A stretch of 64,000 nucleotides of DNA from the NCBI GenBank assembly GCA_009103225.1, contig RHPI01002823.1, positions 702,164-766,163 on the forward strand, given 5' to 3'. Below the pieces are notes generated by a model. It was not told the DNA's origin and did not search any database. It saw only the letters and a list, made by a program, of their open reading frames with translations. The translations under genes were made by a program, and so were the position numbers. This document shows positions 46,924-58,190 of the stretch, one piece after another; position 1 is the stretch's first letter; every line of letters starts with the position of its first letter. This DNA comes from Chlorokybus atmophyticus (Eukaryota; Plantae; Mesostigma and Chlorokybus algae).

Positions 46924-49900
46924 ATGGCGGCCGGGATGGATGCCGAGGCCGGCGCCGATGGGCACAAGCCGGCGGCTGAGACCAAGCCCCTGAGCCCCAC
47001 CGCCGCTGCCCAGGCCGCCGGCAATGGCAAGCCAGACTTTGTCCGGGTGGCTATCTGCGTCGTTGGCATTGTCGGCTGCCTCATGATTTACGGCTTGCTC
47101 CAGGTGAGGACAGAATATGTATCTCGCAAGCTGTTGGCCAGTGCTTGCTGTGGCCTAGTGCATCACGGCAACGCGGCACCGTATGCCAGCTTTTGTGCCT
47201 CAGAACAATCTGCTCCGTTTATACCTCTTGAGCAATGCATTCAACATTGCCTTCAATCCATGAATGGTGCTGCTCGTGTACGGCTTGACTTGACATACCA
47301 TGACGTCAGGCAGTTTTATGCTAGCTCGCACGGGTTGTCAGTCACTCGTCAAATGTTGGCCGATGTGGGCCAGTGCAGTGCATGATTGCACTCGCGTCTC
47401 GTCCACCAAGTTGTCGTTATCTAGTTCCTCTCAACGTCGCTCTAAACACTTTGCGTGCATGCAGGAGAGAATCATGACGCAGCCTTTCGGGGAGCAGGGC
47501 GAGATGTTCAAGAACTCTCTCTTCCTTGTGCTGTGTAACCGACTTGTGACTTGCGCGATCGCTTTTGGCACACTATTGGTAAGCCCTGAAGCTCACGACA
47601 TCCTCATAAGCATGCTGGCGCAACGGAGTATAAGGTTGCAACTTTAATCTATATTATGCATTAGCATTGGAAGTGGCATTTGGCACTTGACTGACTGCGA
47701 GCGACTAGTGCTGAAGCTGGGTTACAATTCAATGGCTTGCAACTTGCATTGGCTCAGTACTGTCTCAAATTGGGTCGTCCGCCAATGCGATGCAGGTTAG
47801 AGGCCGGCCGATCGCTCCTGTTGCACCAGTGTACAAATACGCCTTAATCTCACTGTCCAATGTGGCAGCCACTACCTGCCAGTATGAGGTAGGCCACGAG
47901 TTTGTGCACTCTTTGCCCGGCCAAATCAACAACGGTTGGGTACTGTCAAGGAGTTGTCTCTTGCATATGGCAATCAACTTCGTAGATAGTTGCTGCTTGG
48001 ATTGAGCTAACGCCTGGTCTGCGGTTGGCATGCCACTGTTAATCTTTTTGTTGCGTGTCAATTGAACAACCTCAAGCATGTGCACCCTGCAATAATCTCC
48101 TCACGTGATCTCACATATTTGTTCTGTTCAGGCTTTGAAGTACCTCTCCTTCCCCATGCAAACTCTCGGCAAATGCGCCAAGATGATTCCTGTCATGGTA
48201 TAGATGTCCGCTTTGCTCCCGGTAGTTGTGCTGCAGGCTTGTACTCAGAGCGTGCGAGATATGTTGTCTTATGCATGCGCGTGCTCGGCAGATCTGGGGT
48301 ACCATTATCATGAAGAAGAAGTACGGTGGCGCTGACTACTTGGTTGCAGTCGCCGTGACCATTGGCTGCACCGTTTTCGTTCTTGCCGGGGTACGCATGG
48401 AAACTATGGAGGCGACAGTACTGGATACCTCGCAGTTGCAAGTTGTGCTGACCTGCTCGCATTGCCAACTTGCAGGAGACCTCTTCAAAGGCTGCTGTTG
48501 GCATGACAGCACTGCAAAGTCTGCTGTTTGGTTCCCTCCTGATGATTGGCTATCTTGGGTATGCACCAGGAGTTGCACATTGGAAGTGTTAGTGGCGTGC
48601 ACACAATGCCACTCTAGTACTTGATGACTGTAGCAGTAGTGACTTTGCCACTAATACTGTCAACTGCAGGTTTGACGGGTTCACAAGCACTTTCCAAGAC
48701 ATGCTTTTCAAGGGTTACCAGATGGACATTTTCAACCAAATTCTGTATGTGACCATGTGTTCTTCCGGCATCAGCTCCTTGGGTAAGTCAAGCAGCAGTT
48801 GTTTGTTTAGTTTAATCGAGATTAACATTACAGTATGTGAAGTCGCATCTGCTGCCCGAGCAGCATTAGCAATCCGTTAGTCAGCTTGCACCGACATGCA
48901 CACAGCCTACTACATGTAATGTTACATGATGTCAAGACTCAGGAAGTAGTGTTTTGTCCAGCTCGCGGTCCCTCCTAGTCCTGTTGTGAGCTGCTCATCA
49001 TGACGACTTGTTGCTACTATCATCAACAAGGAAGACCACCATCACCCTTTGCATTAACTTTCAACTGGCATACCAGCCCAGTTGTATCTGAAGTGCAGCA
49101 CTCACCATCACCTGTGCATGTGTGCAGGACTTATCAGCTCCGGCCAGTTCCTTCCCTCCCTTTCATTTGTGCTTCGCTACCCTTCGTCGTTGTTTTCCAT
49201 CCTGGCTCTCTCACTGGTACGATGGTTGTATGCCTGCAGATAGACATGGTGCATTGGACCTGTGGTGTGCATCACACCACAGGTGAGGCACCATGAAGTG
49301 GTGTTCTGTTCTCTATGCTAGTGCAGTTGGCAACTCTAGACGTCATGTTGCAGTTATATCAGACTGGCACAAGCTCTTACAAGGAACTGTGTTTTGGCAG
49401 TCTGCTACCTTCGGCCAGATGTTCATCTCTTACACAATCCGTACACTGGGAGCTCTCGTCTTCGCAACCATCATGACAACACGACAGGTATGGGGGCACC
49501 ATGTTAAGGACACTGAGTGCGCTGTTGTGTCAGCTGCTGTAGGTCTGCGGCAGCTGACACAGGTGCCATCTACTGATCCAAAGCTGCTGTGGTCGTGCGT
49601 CAAAAGATGCCATGTGCCTTGCAACCATGCTTATAAGTGTGTGTCCATCTGCAGCTTCTGAGCATCCTCCTCTCATGTATCTACTTCCTGCACCCGCTGA
49701 CACTCTATCAATGGGCCGGCACGGTAGGAATTGACATCTTTGTTTTTCCCCGCACTTGATGCAGCATTAACCCTTTCATGGATGCGTGAGGTCGTGTGCT
49801 TAGATGTTGGTCTCTTGTGACAGCTCATGGTGTTTGGAGCCCTGTACTGGAAGACCTTCAGCAAGAAGAAGGGTGGACACGGTCACTCGGCCAAGCCTGA

Positions 49901-49955
49901 GATTGTTGCACCACCCACAGAGACTGTCGAGAAGCAGCCTCTGTTGCCTCGGTAA
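46924..49955 (+). CDS. Nucleotide-sugar/PAPS transporter, SLC35B (UTr5/PAPST1-like)
   Basis: IYGLLQ|ERIMTQPF, FKNSLFLVLCNR, CQYE|ALKYLSFPMQTLGKCAKMIPVM, FDGFTSTFQD, YTIRTLGALVFATIMTTRQ. Confidence 0.9.
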
Positions 49956-51126
49956 CTTGCCAGTCTGTGACATGATGCTGGGCAGTAGGCACAGCAACTG
50001 GTACCATACAACAGCTACATAGGCTGACTCTATATTAGGTAGGGAGATGTTTGGGTTAGCGCTTCTGCTGCTTGTAATGTAATCAATTGGAAGGAGTACT
50101 CTCTTTGTGGTGCTGAGATATATTGCAGAACAGGTACGGGGCTCTTGCATTGAGATCGAAACGCACTGTAGCTAGTAATAGCACCTTGAACCCGACGGGA
50201 CTCAAGTAAGCGTCCTTGTGGTTGGCTTGCAAATGCTAAGTTAGTGGCACTGGCTGTGATTTCACATTCACAAAGATTTAAGCCAACAGTTAGTGCAAAC
50301 ATAGTTGCAAATGATTGCCCTAATTTTCATATTAAGTCGCAACAGATGTGTAGTGCAGCTCTCACGCGACCATCTCGCCTTACTACGAGCATACAAAAAA
50401 TTGTATCCACACAGACACTCGCATTTTGCAGCACCATGATGCTCGTTGCTGCTTACTGTAACTACACCATCTGCCCAGCACTCATTGTAATCACAGTAAT
50501 GTATGCATTTGTGCATTTGTGCATGGATCGACTAAATAAACTCTTAATATAGCGTCAGGTGTTGATTGCCGATTGTGACACTGTACATTGACATATTCGT
50601 TGCAATCATTTTGCACATTGTTAGCGCCAAAGAACTTAAATTAATCAACATGCCAGACGACACTTGCACAGGGATTGAAAGGAGCTGTTTGTGTATCAGT
50701 ATACAATGCGTGCGTGGCAACTGCTGCTGTGCAATTGGCTGATACATAGCTAAGTGCTGCAATATCACAAGCTGTGCATGCTGCCATTTCATTCCCCACC
50801 CACACAGATTCTTGTCAACTGCACAACGTCATTGCTCACAGGGGAGACAGTGCCAACAGTGTAAGTGAACAGGTGCTAGTATTACGGGTGAAAAAGGGGG
50901 GTAAGGCAGGGAAGTGCTATGGTACTACTAGCGATTATCCAAGCTAGTATAGAGCGCGAATAAACACAGGGCGGCTTGTGTGTGTATGTGTATATGTCTT
51001 TGAGTGTTGTACTGAGAGAGGCTAGTTGGAAGCCTGGATGGTGGTAGCCTCACAGTAGTAGGGTGGGTGCGTGCAGATGTTGCTGGCGACACAGTTGAAA
51101 TGCTTGTTGTTGGTGGGACAATTGTT

Positions 51127-51738
51127 TTACAGGGCGGAGGTGGAGACGACGAGGTACCCACCAACAAGGAGGACAGCGCCAAAGGTGACAAGCCAGACGG
51201 CCAGGCCAGGGACACCGGCGGCGTAGGTGTCGCCTGTGGACGACCACTGCTCGGGTGTCCAGATGGGGGAGTACTCGTCGACGTTGCCGCTGTACTTGTT
51301 GCGGAAGGCGTAGACGCCCTTACCAGTGGACTGACGGCCGGAGGCGTCCACCCACTTCTTCTGGGCGGACTTGTCCTCGTACATCTTGTTGAAGTTGCCG
51401 CCCTTGCTTTTCTTGGCGCTCATCATCGTCGTGCGGGAGGCGGAGCGGGCGACCTGGCGAGCGGGGAGGGACGGCCGGACCTGCTGGCCAAGGAACTCCG
51501 CACGCTGCACAATCACAACACCGCAGCGTGAGCAGCGTTCAACCACATACATCAACAACATTGCCAATGCCATCAACAACCCCAGCGACAACAAGAACGA
51601 TGACAGTGTGACAATGACAGCAACATGCAGCAATGTGGCGTGCAGGCCTCCACAGCAATGCGTCCCAGACCGGACCCAGCGTCACTCTAACTCTCCCCGT
51701 ACCTGCAGGGACACGGTGGTGGCGGTAGCGGCGGCCAT
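51127..51738 (-). CDS. psbR: Photosystem II 10 kDa polypeptide precursor (exons 51738-51703, 51480-51127)
   Basis: DASGRQSTGKGVYAFRNKYSGNVDEYSPIWTPEQWSSTGDTYAAGVPGLAVW plus C-terminal transmembrane helix. Confidence 0.95.
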
Positions 51739-53472
51739 GGCTGCGACTTGCGAGAACAAAACGAACGACGACGACGACGACAACACCTAACACCCACGCG
51801 CCGATGCCTTCAACAACAATGTGCGTACACTTTGTACCCAATCGGCCTCGCCCTTTTGTCCAGCCAAAGGCGAGCTCTCCCTCCCCTCCGCGGCTAACGC
51901 CTTACGCCCTACCCCAAACACCAATGCACCACTCACCCCACTCTTCTTCACACCCTATCCCCTGGGTCAGACACCAAAGCACCGATATGAGATACTTTGT
52001 CTCGGTGCATGTCTGGTGTCCTTGGTAGGGCAAGTGTGTCTCCTTTTGGACACGTGATTAGGGTGATGTGGTGCGCGAGGGGCTGGGCCCACGAGAGCCC
52101 TCTGTCCTCTGCTCTGCTCCGCGGCGGACCGCGTGTCTGGTGGCTGGCGCGTGTCTGTCAGCAACTTCTGCGCGCTGATTGGTCCGCCAACGCCACCGCC
52201 CCGCCTTATCCGCCGAGCGTGCGCTGCGAGCCGCCCAATTCCGAGGTGGGCGGACGACGACGGCCACGGCAAAGGAGAAAAAATCTCAGACTAAGACTCA
52301 CATTGACACTCCCTGTTTCATCACCTCTTCGTGTAGGTAAATCCTCCTGTATGCTCCTGAAGCGTGAAACTATGTCTGCATTATAGCGAACCCCAAATCT
52401 TGTACGTTATCATCTATACCACTTGCCATGTGTAAAACATAATGTTTCGAGCAGATTGATTGGGTGTACAGTATGAACGTTTTTACGTGCATGATTCTTT
52501 AGCGTAATGTTACAGCAAAAGTATTGTTTGAATAACAGCATCAACGAGTACACTATAGCATATGTCATGTAGTCAATATTTAATGCTATAATGTCATAAT
52601 CATGTTGTAATTGTCATGTAATTGTATGTAGAAAGGCATGCACGTTACAAAGCATACATCATGTATCATGGGTAAATTACATGATGCATATTTTTAATAT
52701 GTCAAGGAAATGTGGCCGGTGAAGTTGTAAACATACTTTAAATTGTTAGACATTATGACTTTGTATACAAAACCATAAATGTATAAGTGCGTGCCGATAT
52801 ATACCGGTGTGTGATCTCATTTCACCATTGAAACGGCTCGCACAAATTGCATGCCGCAAATAACGTTTTAATCTACTATCAATTGGGTTGATCATCTTGC
52901 GTAAAACACAATTGATATTCGTCGCAAATTTTACACGGTGACTGACTAAGGACTGAGGGACTGACTGGTGCCTGAGCCTGCCTGAGCCTGCCTGAAATAT
53001 TACTTTTGGACTGTTGGGTTTGCCGTTGGCTTAAGTAGACTGACGCAGACGGCCGCGGGCCGAAAGTGGTTGTCAGTGGCACTAACCGGCCGAAAGTTGT
53101 CAACCAGTTACCCTTTGGTCGATGTGCACAGACGGCCGTTGACCGGTAGTTACGGACAGCTGACAGCAATAGCCGGCAGTTTCTTTGCCGTTACACTGCT
53201 GTTAATATGTGACCCTTGCCATTTGACAAAAGTTGGCAATTCTTGCCGTAAGCCAACACTAACATGCCATGCAGCTTGTACAAACCTTGGACTGATTGTT
53301 TGGTCTTGCACCTAAAAGCCCACAATATATACAATGTACGGGCAGTGGTGAGAGTATGTCCACTTACAACTGAGCAGCCGACTTGCGCATGAAACTATCC
53401 TATAACATTGAGTCTAGCTGTCGGACTCATGCGCAGCTTGTCAACCCGTGGTGCCTGCCTCAGAACTCCTCC

Positions 53473-54328
53473 TCAAACCCCCTCCTCCTGTTCCTCCTCC
53501 GACGAGTCTTCTGCTTCAACGCCGGAGTCATCTTCATCCGCTGCCTCGCTCGCTGACAGTACAGCGGCTACTTCGTCCTTCAGCTTGAATGTCAGCGCCT
53601 CGCCGTGCACGCGCATGCGCTTGATGGTCGCTTTGAGAGTGACCACCTGCATTTGGTAATGCTGTAAGAGTGGCGTGCTGCCAGAGGACTAGCCCATCAG
53701 CATACACACGCTTACCTCGTCTTCCGCTTTGTTGCACTCCGCCAGGCAGACAGTCAGCCTGCCGCGCTGCTCTTGGTTCACTCTGACCAACATGGCAATC
53801 TGCAAGCATACTGCTTAATTACCGCTGGAAACATTAAACTAGGTCATAGATTACCCGTTCGTTTGACTCCGCAGCTTCTCTTTTGCGACTTGTGAGCTCC
53901 CGCAAGTAGAAATAGGCTGTGCATTTGCGAGATTGGTCATGCTGTTCATGTGCATGACACTGGAGGTTGTGCATGAGGGTGTGCATGTCGTATTGACAAT
54001 GTATGTCAAGTGCAAGATACTTGAGGCTGTGCATGTGCAAGATAAAAGAACCCTAGCATGTGGCATTGACAGTGCATCGTAACCCACCTTGGTTATGCCA
54101 GTCTTGTTTGGTCCCTTCAATCATGTCGCCGTGGTCGCAGCTGCTGGTGGGTCGGATTTTCTTAGAGGCAGTATTGTGGTGTGCCTTTGCCCACTCGGAG
54201 GGGGAGCCCTGTAAGATATCGCCCGAGTCACTGTTGTCATTGGATGTGCCCTTGGTAGTCTTGGTGGGGTTTGACACCGAGGACACCCCTCCGGCACCCT
54301 GCCCGCCCTGTGCGAACATGGAATTCAT
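53473..54328 (-). CDS. Small 4-exon coiled-coil protein with acidic tail (putative transposon cargo)
   Basis: GT-AG splicing joins MNSMFAQ...QDWHNQ, AYFYLRELTSRKREAAESNER, IAMLVRVNQEQRGRLTVCLAECNKAEDE and VVTLKATIKRM...DSSEEEQEEGV* in frame. Confidence 0.6.
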
Positions 54329-54483
54329 CCCGGACCTCGACCACAATGCCCACTACGCCCCTGGCAGCGCCGCCAACGATCTTCCAAACGCCACATACCC
54401 TCGGCATCACGCCCCTGTAAGGGCATAGCTTGGCGGAGCTATCAATGGTGTTTTCATGCGCAGGGGGACTGACATTGCCAGAG

Positions 54484-54680
54484 TTGTCAATGGTACGAAC
54501 TGCCATTGCCATTGTACAAAGGTACCATTTCAATGGTACCTTTGTACAATGCCTAGACCTTTTGGCAAAGGCATCTTCGTACCATTGAAACGGTTCAATC
54601 AGAATATATATGTATATAAAAATATCCAGAGACTCACCCTGGACGTGCAATGGCTCGATCGTACCATAATAATGGTACGA
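54484..54680. promoter_or_regulatory. Divergent promoter with six ATGGTAC/GTACCAT motifs, including a 20-bp-arm palindrome
   Basis: CATTGTACAAAGGTACCATT-tc-AATGGTACCTTTGTACAATG (54510-54551) and TCGTACCAT-aata-ATGGTACGA (54659-54680). The regulatory role is inferred from position. Confidence 0.6.
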
Positions 54681-54744
54681 CGGAGCCAGTGAATGGCGGC
54701 CAAGTTTCCCGCCTCTGGCATGCAAGGGTAGCGGTGGCGGTGGC

Positions 54745-54776
<32 letters not shown>

Positions 54777-54843
54777 GTGTGCGTGTTGCTGGATATGATG
54801 CAGGTTACATTGGCGACACCTGTGTCGACGTTAGTAGTGAGAT

Positions 54844-57800
54844 ATGGGAGTCCTTTGTCCGTATTGCCACATGCGCTTCGCCACACGCAGCTCGGTCTAC
54901 ATGCACATTATTAGCAGCAGGGTGTGCAAGCAGATCAAGCTGTATGTCGGCCAGCGTCCATTACAGTACGATGCGGGTCATGTTGAACCGGGGAGTTCCA
55001 TCCAGGATGCTCACATGCTTGATGCTGAAGGATTCCTCCAGGAGACACACGCACAGCAGCAACAGGAGGAGGAGGAAGTGAACGAGGGCTTTCGATGTGT
55101 GCGTGTGCCTGAGATACCTGTGGCATGCCAACATGGAAGTGCAGGCGTCCCTTCGCACGCGTCGGAATCCAGGTGGTATGGCTCGGAGCATGCTCTTGCA
55201 GTGGCATTCGTGCAGTGCAACAACGGCCAAGGCCTGTCGGCCTCCGACATGGGGCGGATCATCAAGTGCATCCGAAATGCACACTTCCTGACGGAAGAGC
55301 TCCAGTGGGAGACCGGTGTGCATGCGGCCAGCTACCTCCTGACCACGATTGCTTTCTTTCAGTCTGAGGTGTGTTCACGGTGTGCGGTGCATGTGCTTCA
55401 ACCATTAGAGCCATGTCACATATGCACATGCGAGTGTGCTGCCATATCAGAACTACGTGACGGCTGACCTGCGCAAGCCTGGAGACCCTGAGGATCAGGA
55501 CATCTGCGTCACATATATGCCGGCCAAGGTCTGTGAAATGCAGTACCTAATGCAGTATCGATGCAGTATCTATTCTGAGGCCAGCATAGTAAGTAATGCT
55601 CTTGGTCGGAGCAGGTATGGCTCGCGCGGTTGTATGGCAATCCACATGCCGCCAATGGCTTCAATCTCCAGTACACTGGTGACGAGCACAGCTTTGGCCA
55701 TCCTTCCACGGGCGATTGGTGGAAGGATGTGGAGGTGGATTTGAGGAGAGAGGTGGGGGAAGCGTCCTACTTGGCGCCTGCCATTCTGTACAGTGACAAG
55801 ACCACGCTGGACAGCGCGGGCAAGCGCTCTGGCTACCCTCTGATGGCATCGCTTGCCAACTACAGTTGGGACATGTATGCTAGCAACATGGGGGTTGTTA
55901 TGATAGCGCTTCTGCCGGTGGTTCACGCAGTGGCCGGGCATCCCACCTGGGCGCAGGGCAAGGAATCGTTCTCCATTCGGAAACGTGAGATTTTTCATGA
56001 CGCTTTGAATGTAGTGTTAGGGGATGTGAAGCGGGCGAGTTGGGAAGGTCTGCAGCTCATCGACCCGAATGGCATCGAGCGTCGTGTGTTTCCCGCGCTT
56101 GCCAACTACATCAGCGATTTGCAGGTAGTGGGCATGAATGGTTGTAACCGGATGCAGCCCGCCAGCAAACAGTGCACGGAGGATGTTGTCAGTAGAACAT
56201 CTGAGTTTGTCGTGTTGTAGGAGACTGCCACACTCGCACGCACTGTGTCGGGCAACCAAACACGACATCCTTGCGATGTTTGTCTCGTCACCAAATCAGA
56301 TCTGTTGGAGATGGATGAGGACCGGGAATTGAGAACCGAGGCCTTCTACACACCAGCAATACGTCAGCTGCGGGCGGACCTGCATAGCGGTGTTAGGAAT
56401 GCACGCCAGACAGCCAAGGCTTTCAAAGAGCAGCACTCCATGCATGTCGAGGAGGTAATGGTCAAATTACCGGCATTCGTGAGGATGAATGGCTTTCCGT
56501 GAAACCAGGCAATGTGGTTTGGCAACAGAATGCACTGTGGGGTTGGCGACAGTCGCGGGTGCCGGGAGCTGACTGCTACTCTCGTCTTGCCCCTGACGCA
56601 ATGCATGTGCTGGGAGGCATCATTGACCACCTGCTTGCTGCTGTGTACGACGCCGCGAAGGAACGAATGCGTCCATCCACGAGACAGATTCTGCAGGCCA
56701 GGCACGTCTTTGGTGTTGCTTTTGTGTTGAACACAAAAGCCAACAACACGTGCTCACGAGCAGATGTGCACAGGCTGAATGCATGCAAGGCGACTCTGCG
56801 GGTTTCGCACTTCAAGGCACCCACAAGCACAGTAGATTTCTTCCTGTCCGACCACTCCTTTCAGGTGGTGGAGAAAGTGGCGGTGCTGCAGCTGCTGCCG
56901 GTCCTCGCAGACGGTTTGCTGCTCGACAGTGAGGGCAACGATTTCTTCACCATTGCTGCCGCATCGCTTGCCCAGTGGAACAAGAAGTTGCTGAAGGCGC
57001 ATGAACACACAAGAGAGACCCTGACCACAGCCGACAACGAGCTGGCTGCCTTCAAAGCTGCAGTGTTGCATCCGCTACTGTCGTCATATTCTGCACAGAA
57101 GTCAGGTTGGAAGATCGAGAAGATGCATCAGCTCACTCATTTTGGGCCGGCAATTGTCAGCAGTGGACACGCAGATTAGTTCAGCGCCAACCGCATGGAG
57201 CAGACGCACGCCCAAAATATCAAACGGTGGGCGCGTGGTGGCAACAACCGGGACTACCGGGCACGTATCCTGAAGGCATGGAGCTGTGCGGAATATGTGA
57301 GAGAGGATGGCATGGTCGTGGATCCCGAAATGCGCTCGGTCATGGCGCAGGCGCGGCAGCAGTGCTGTAATGTCATGGAGAAGACGGACAAGTTGCTACG
57401 GATGGATGTGCTGACAAGGAGGGAGTCCAGCCCGTACTGGAGCGGATCTGCGCGTAGCCGCCAAGTCGCCTTGAAGACTCCATTTGCCGACAAGCTGCCT
57501 GCCACCCTGGACAGCTGGTTGAGGAGGGAACAACTGGAGTTGGCCGACGGGTGGCGTGCTGTTCACGTGGTGAACGGAGGCGCAGCGGTGTACATGACAT
57601 CAGGAGTCAGCATGGCGCGCGCAACTGGGATGTTCCATGGGCAGCGGTTGGTTCTCTACACTTGAGTTGGAAGGTGATGAGGACGGTGTGAACGTGACGT
57701 GGTGGGCTCAGGCACTCCTTTTTCTGCGCGTGGTGGTGTGGGGTTTTAGCGGCGAGCGCGTGTGGAAGGAGGTCGTGTTTGTCCGCTGGTACACGAAGCT

Positions 57801-57987
57801 GGATGTGACGAGCGACACAAAGTGCATCGCTCTGGAATGGGAAAAGCGTCGAGGCGGTCCACATCTCGATGTCGTGACTCTGGAGCAAGTCAAAGGCATT
57901 ATCCAGCTGCTCCCCATGTTTGATAAGGACAGCGCCCGAGTACAAGAGGGCAAGTATTGGGTGAACGTTCTCTGCACTTCCACGTGA
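54844..57987 (+). pseudogene. Plavaka-family transposase, disrupted
   Basis: N-terminal CPYC...H...C zinc finger, then AILYSDKT...YPLMASLAN, IFHDALNVVL, RRVFPALANYISDLQE, PCDVC, PDAMHVLGGIIDHL, WKIEKMHQLTHF...G.AD*FS...MEQTH...IK and C-terminal VFVRWY...VVTLEQVKGIIQLLP. There is an in-frame TAG at 57177-57179 and a +1 frameshift near 57648. Confidence 0.85.
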
Positions 57988-58190
57988 CACATGTACTTGT
58001 CTCACTACTCTCAGTTTGGAGCATATCAGTCAGTTAGGCATTGCTAATCGTATGCTAAGACTTTTGCATGTGGACGTGTACAATAACGGGCAGCTGTCAC
58101 TGCACAATTGTCACCACAATCGAATGATCCATGCAACATTCAACAATCAGTCCGCCGTGTGGCATTAAGCATCAATACAGCGCACCACAC

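Noticed and set aside
53038-53070. Hammerhead-ribozyme-like CTGACG...GGCC-GCG-GGCC-GAAA
   Set aside because: The core is CTGACGC rather than CUGANGA, there are extra bases before stem II, and I found no convincing stems I and III.
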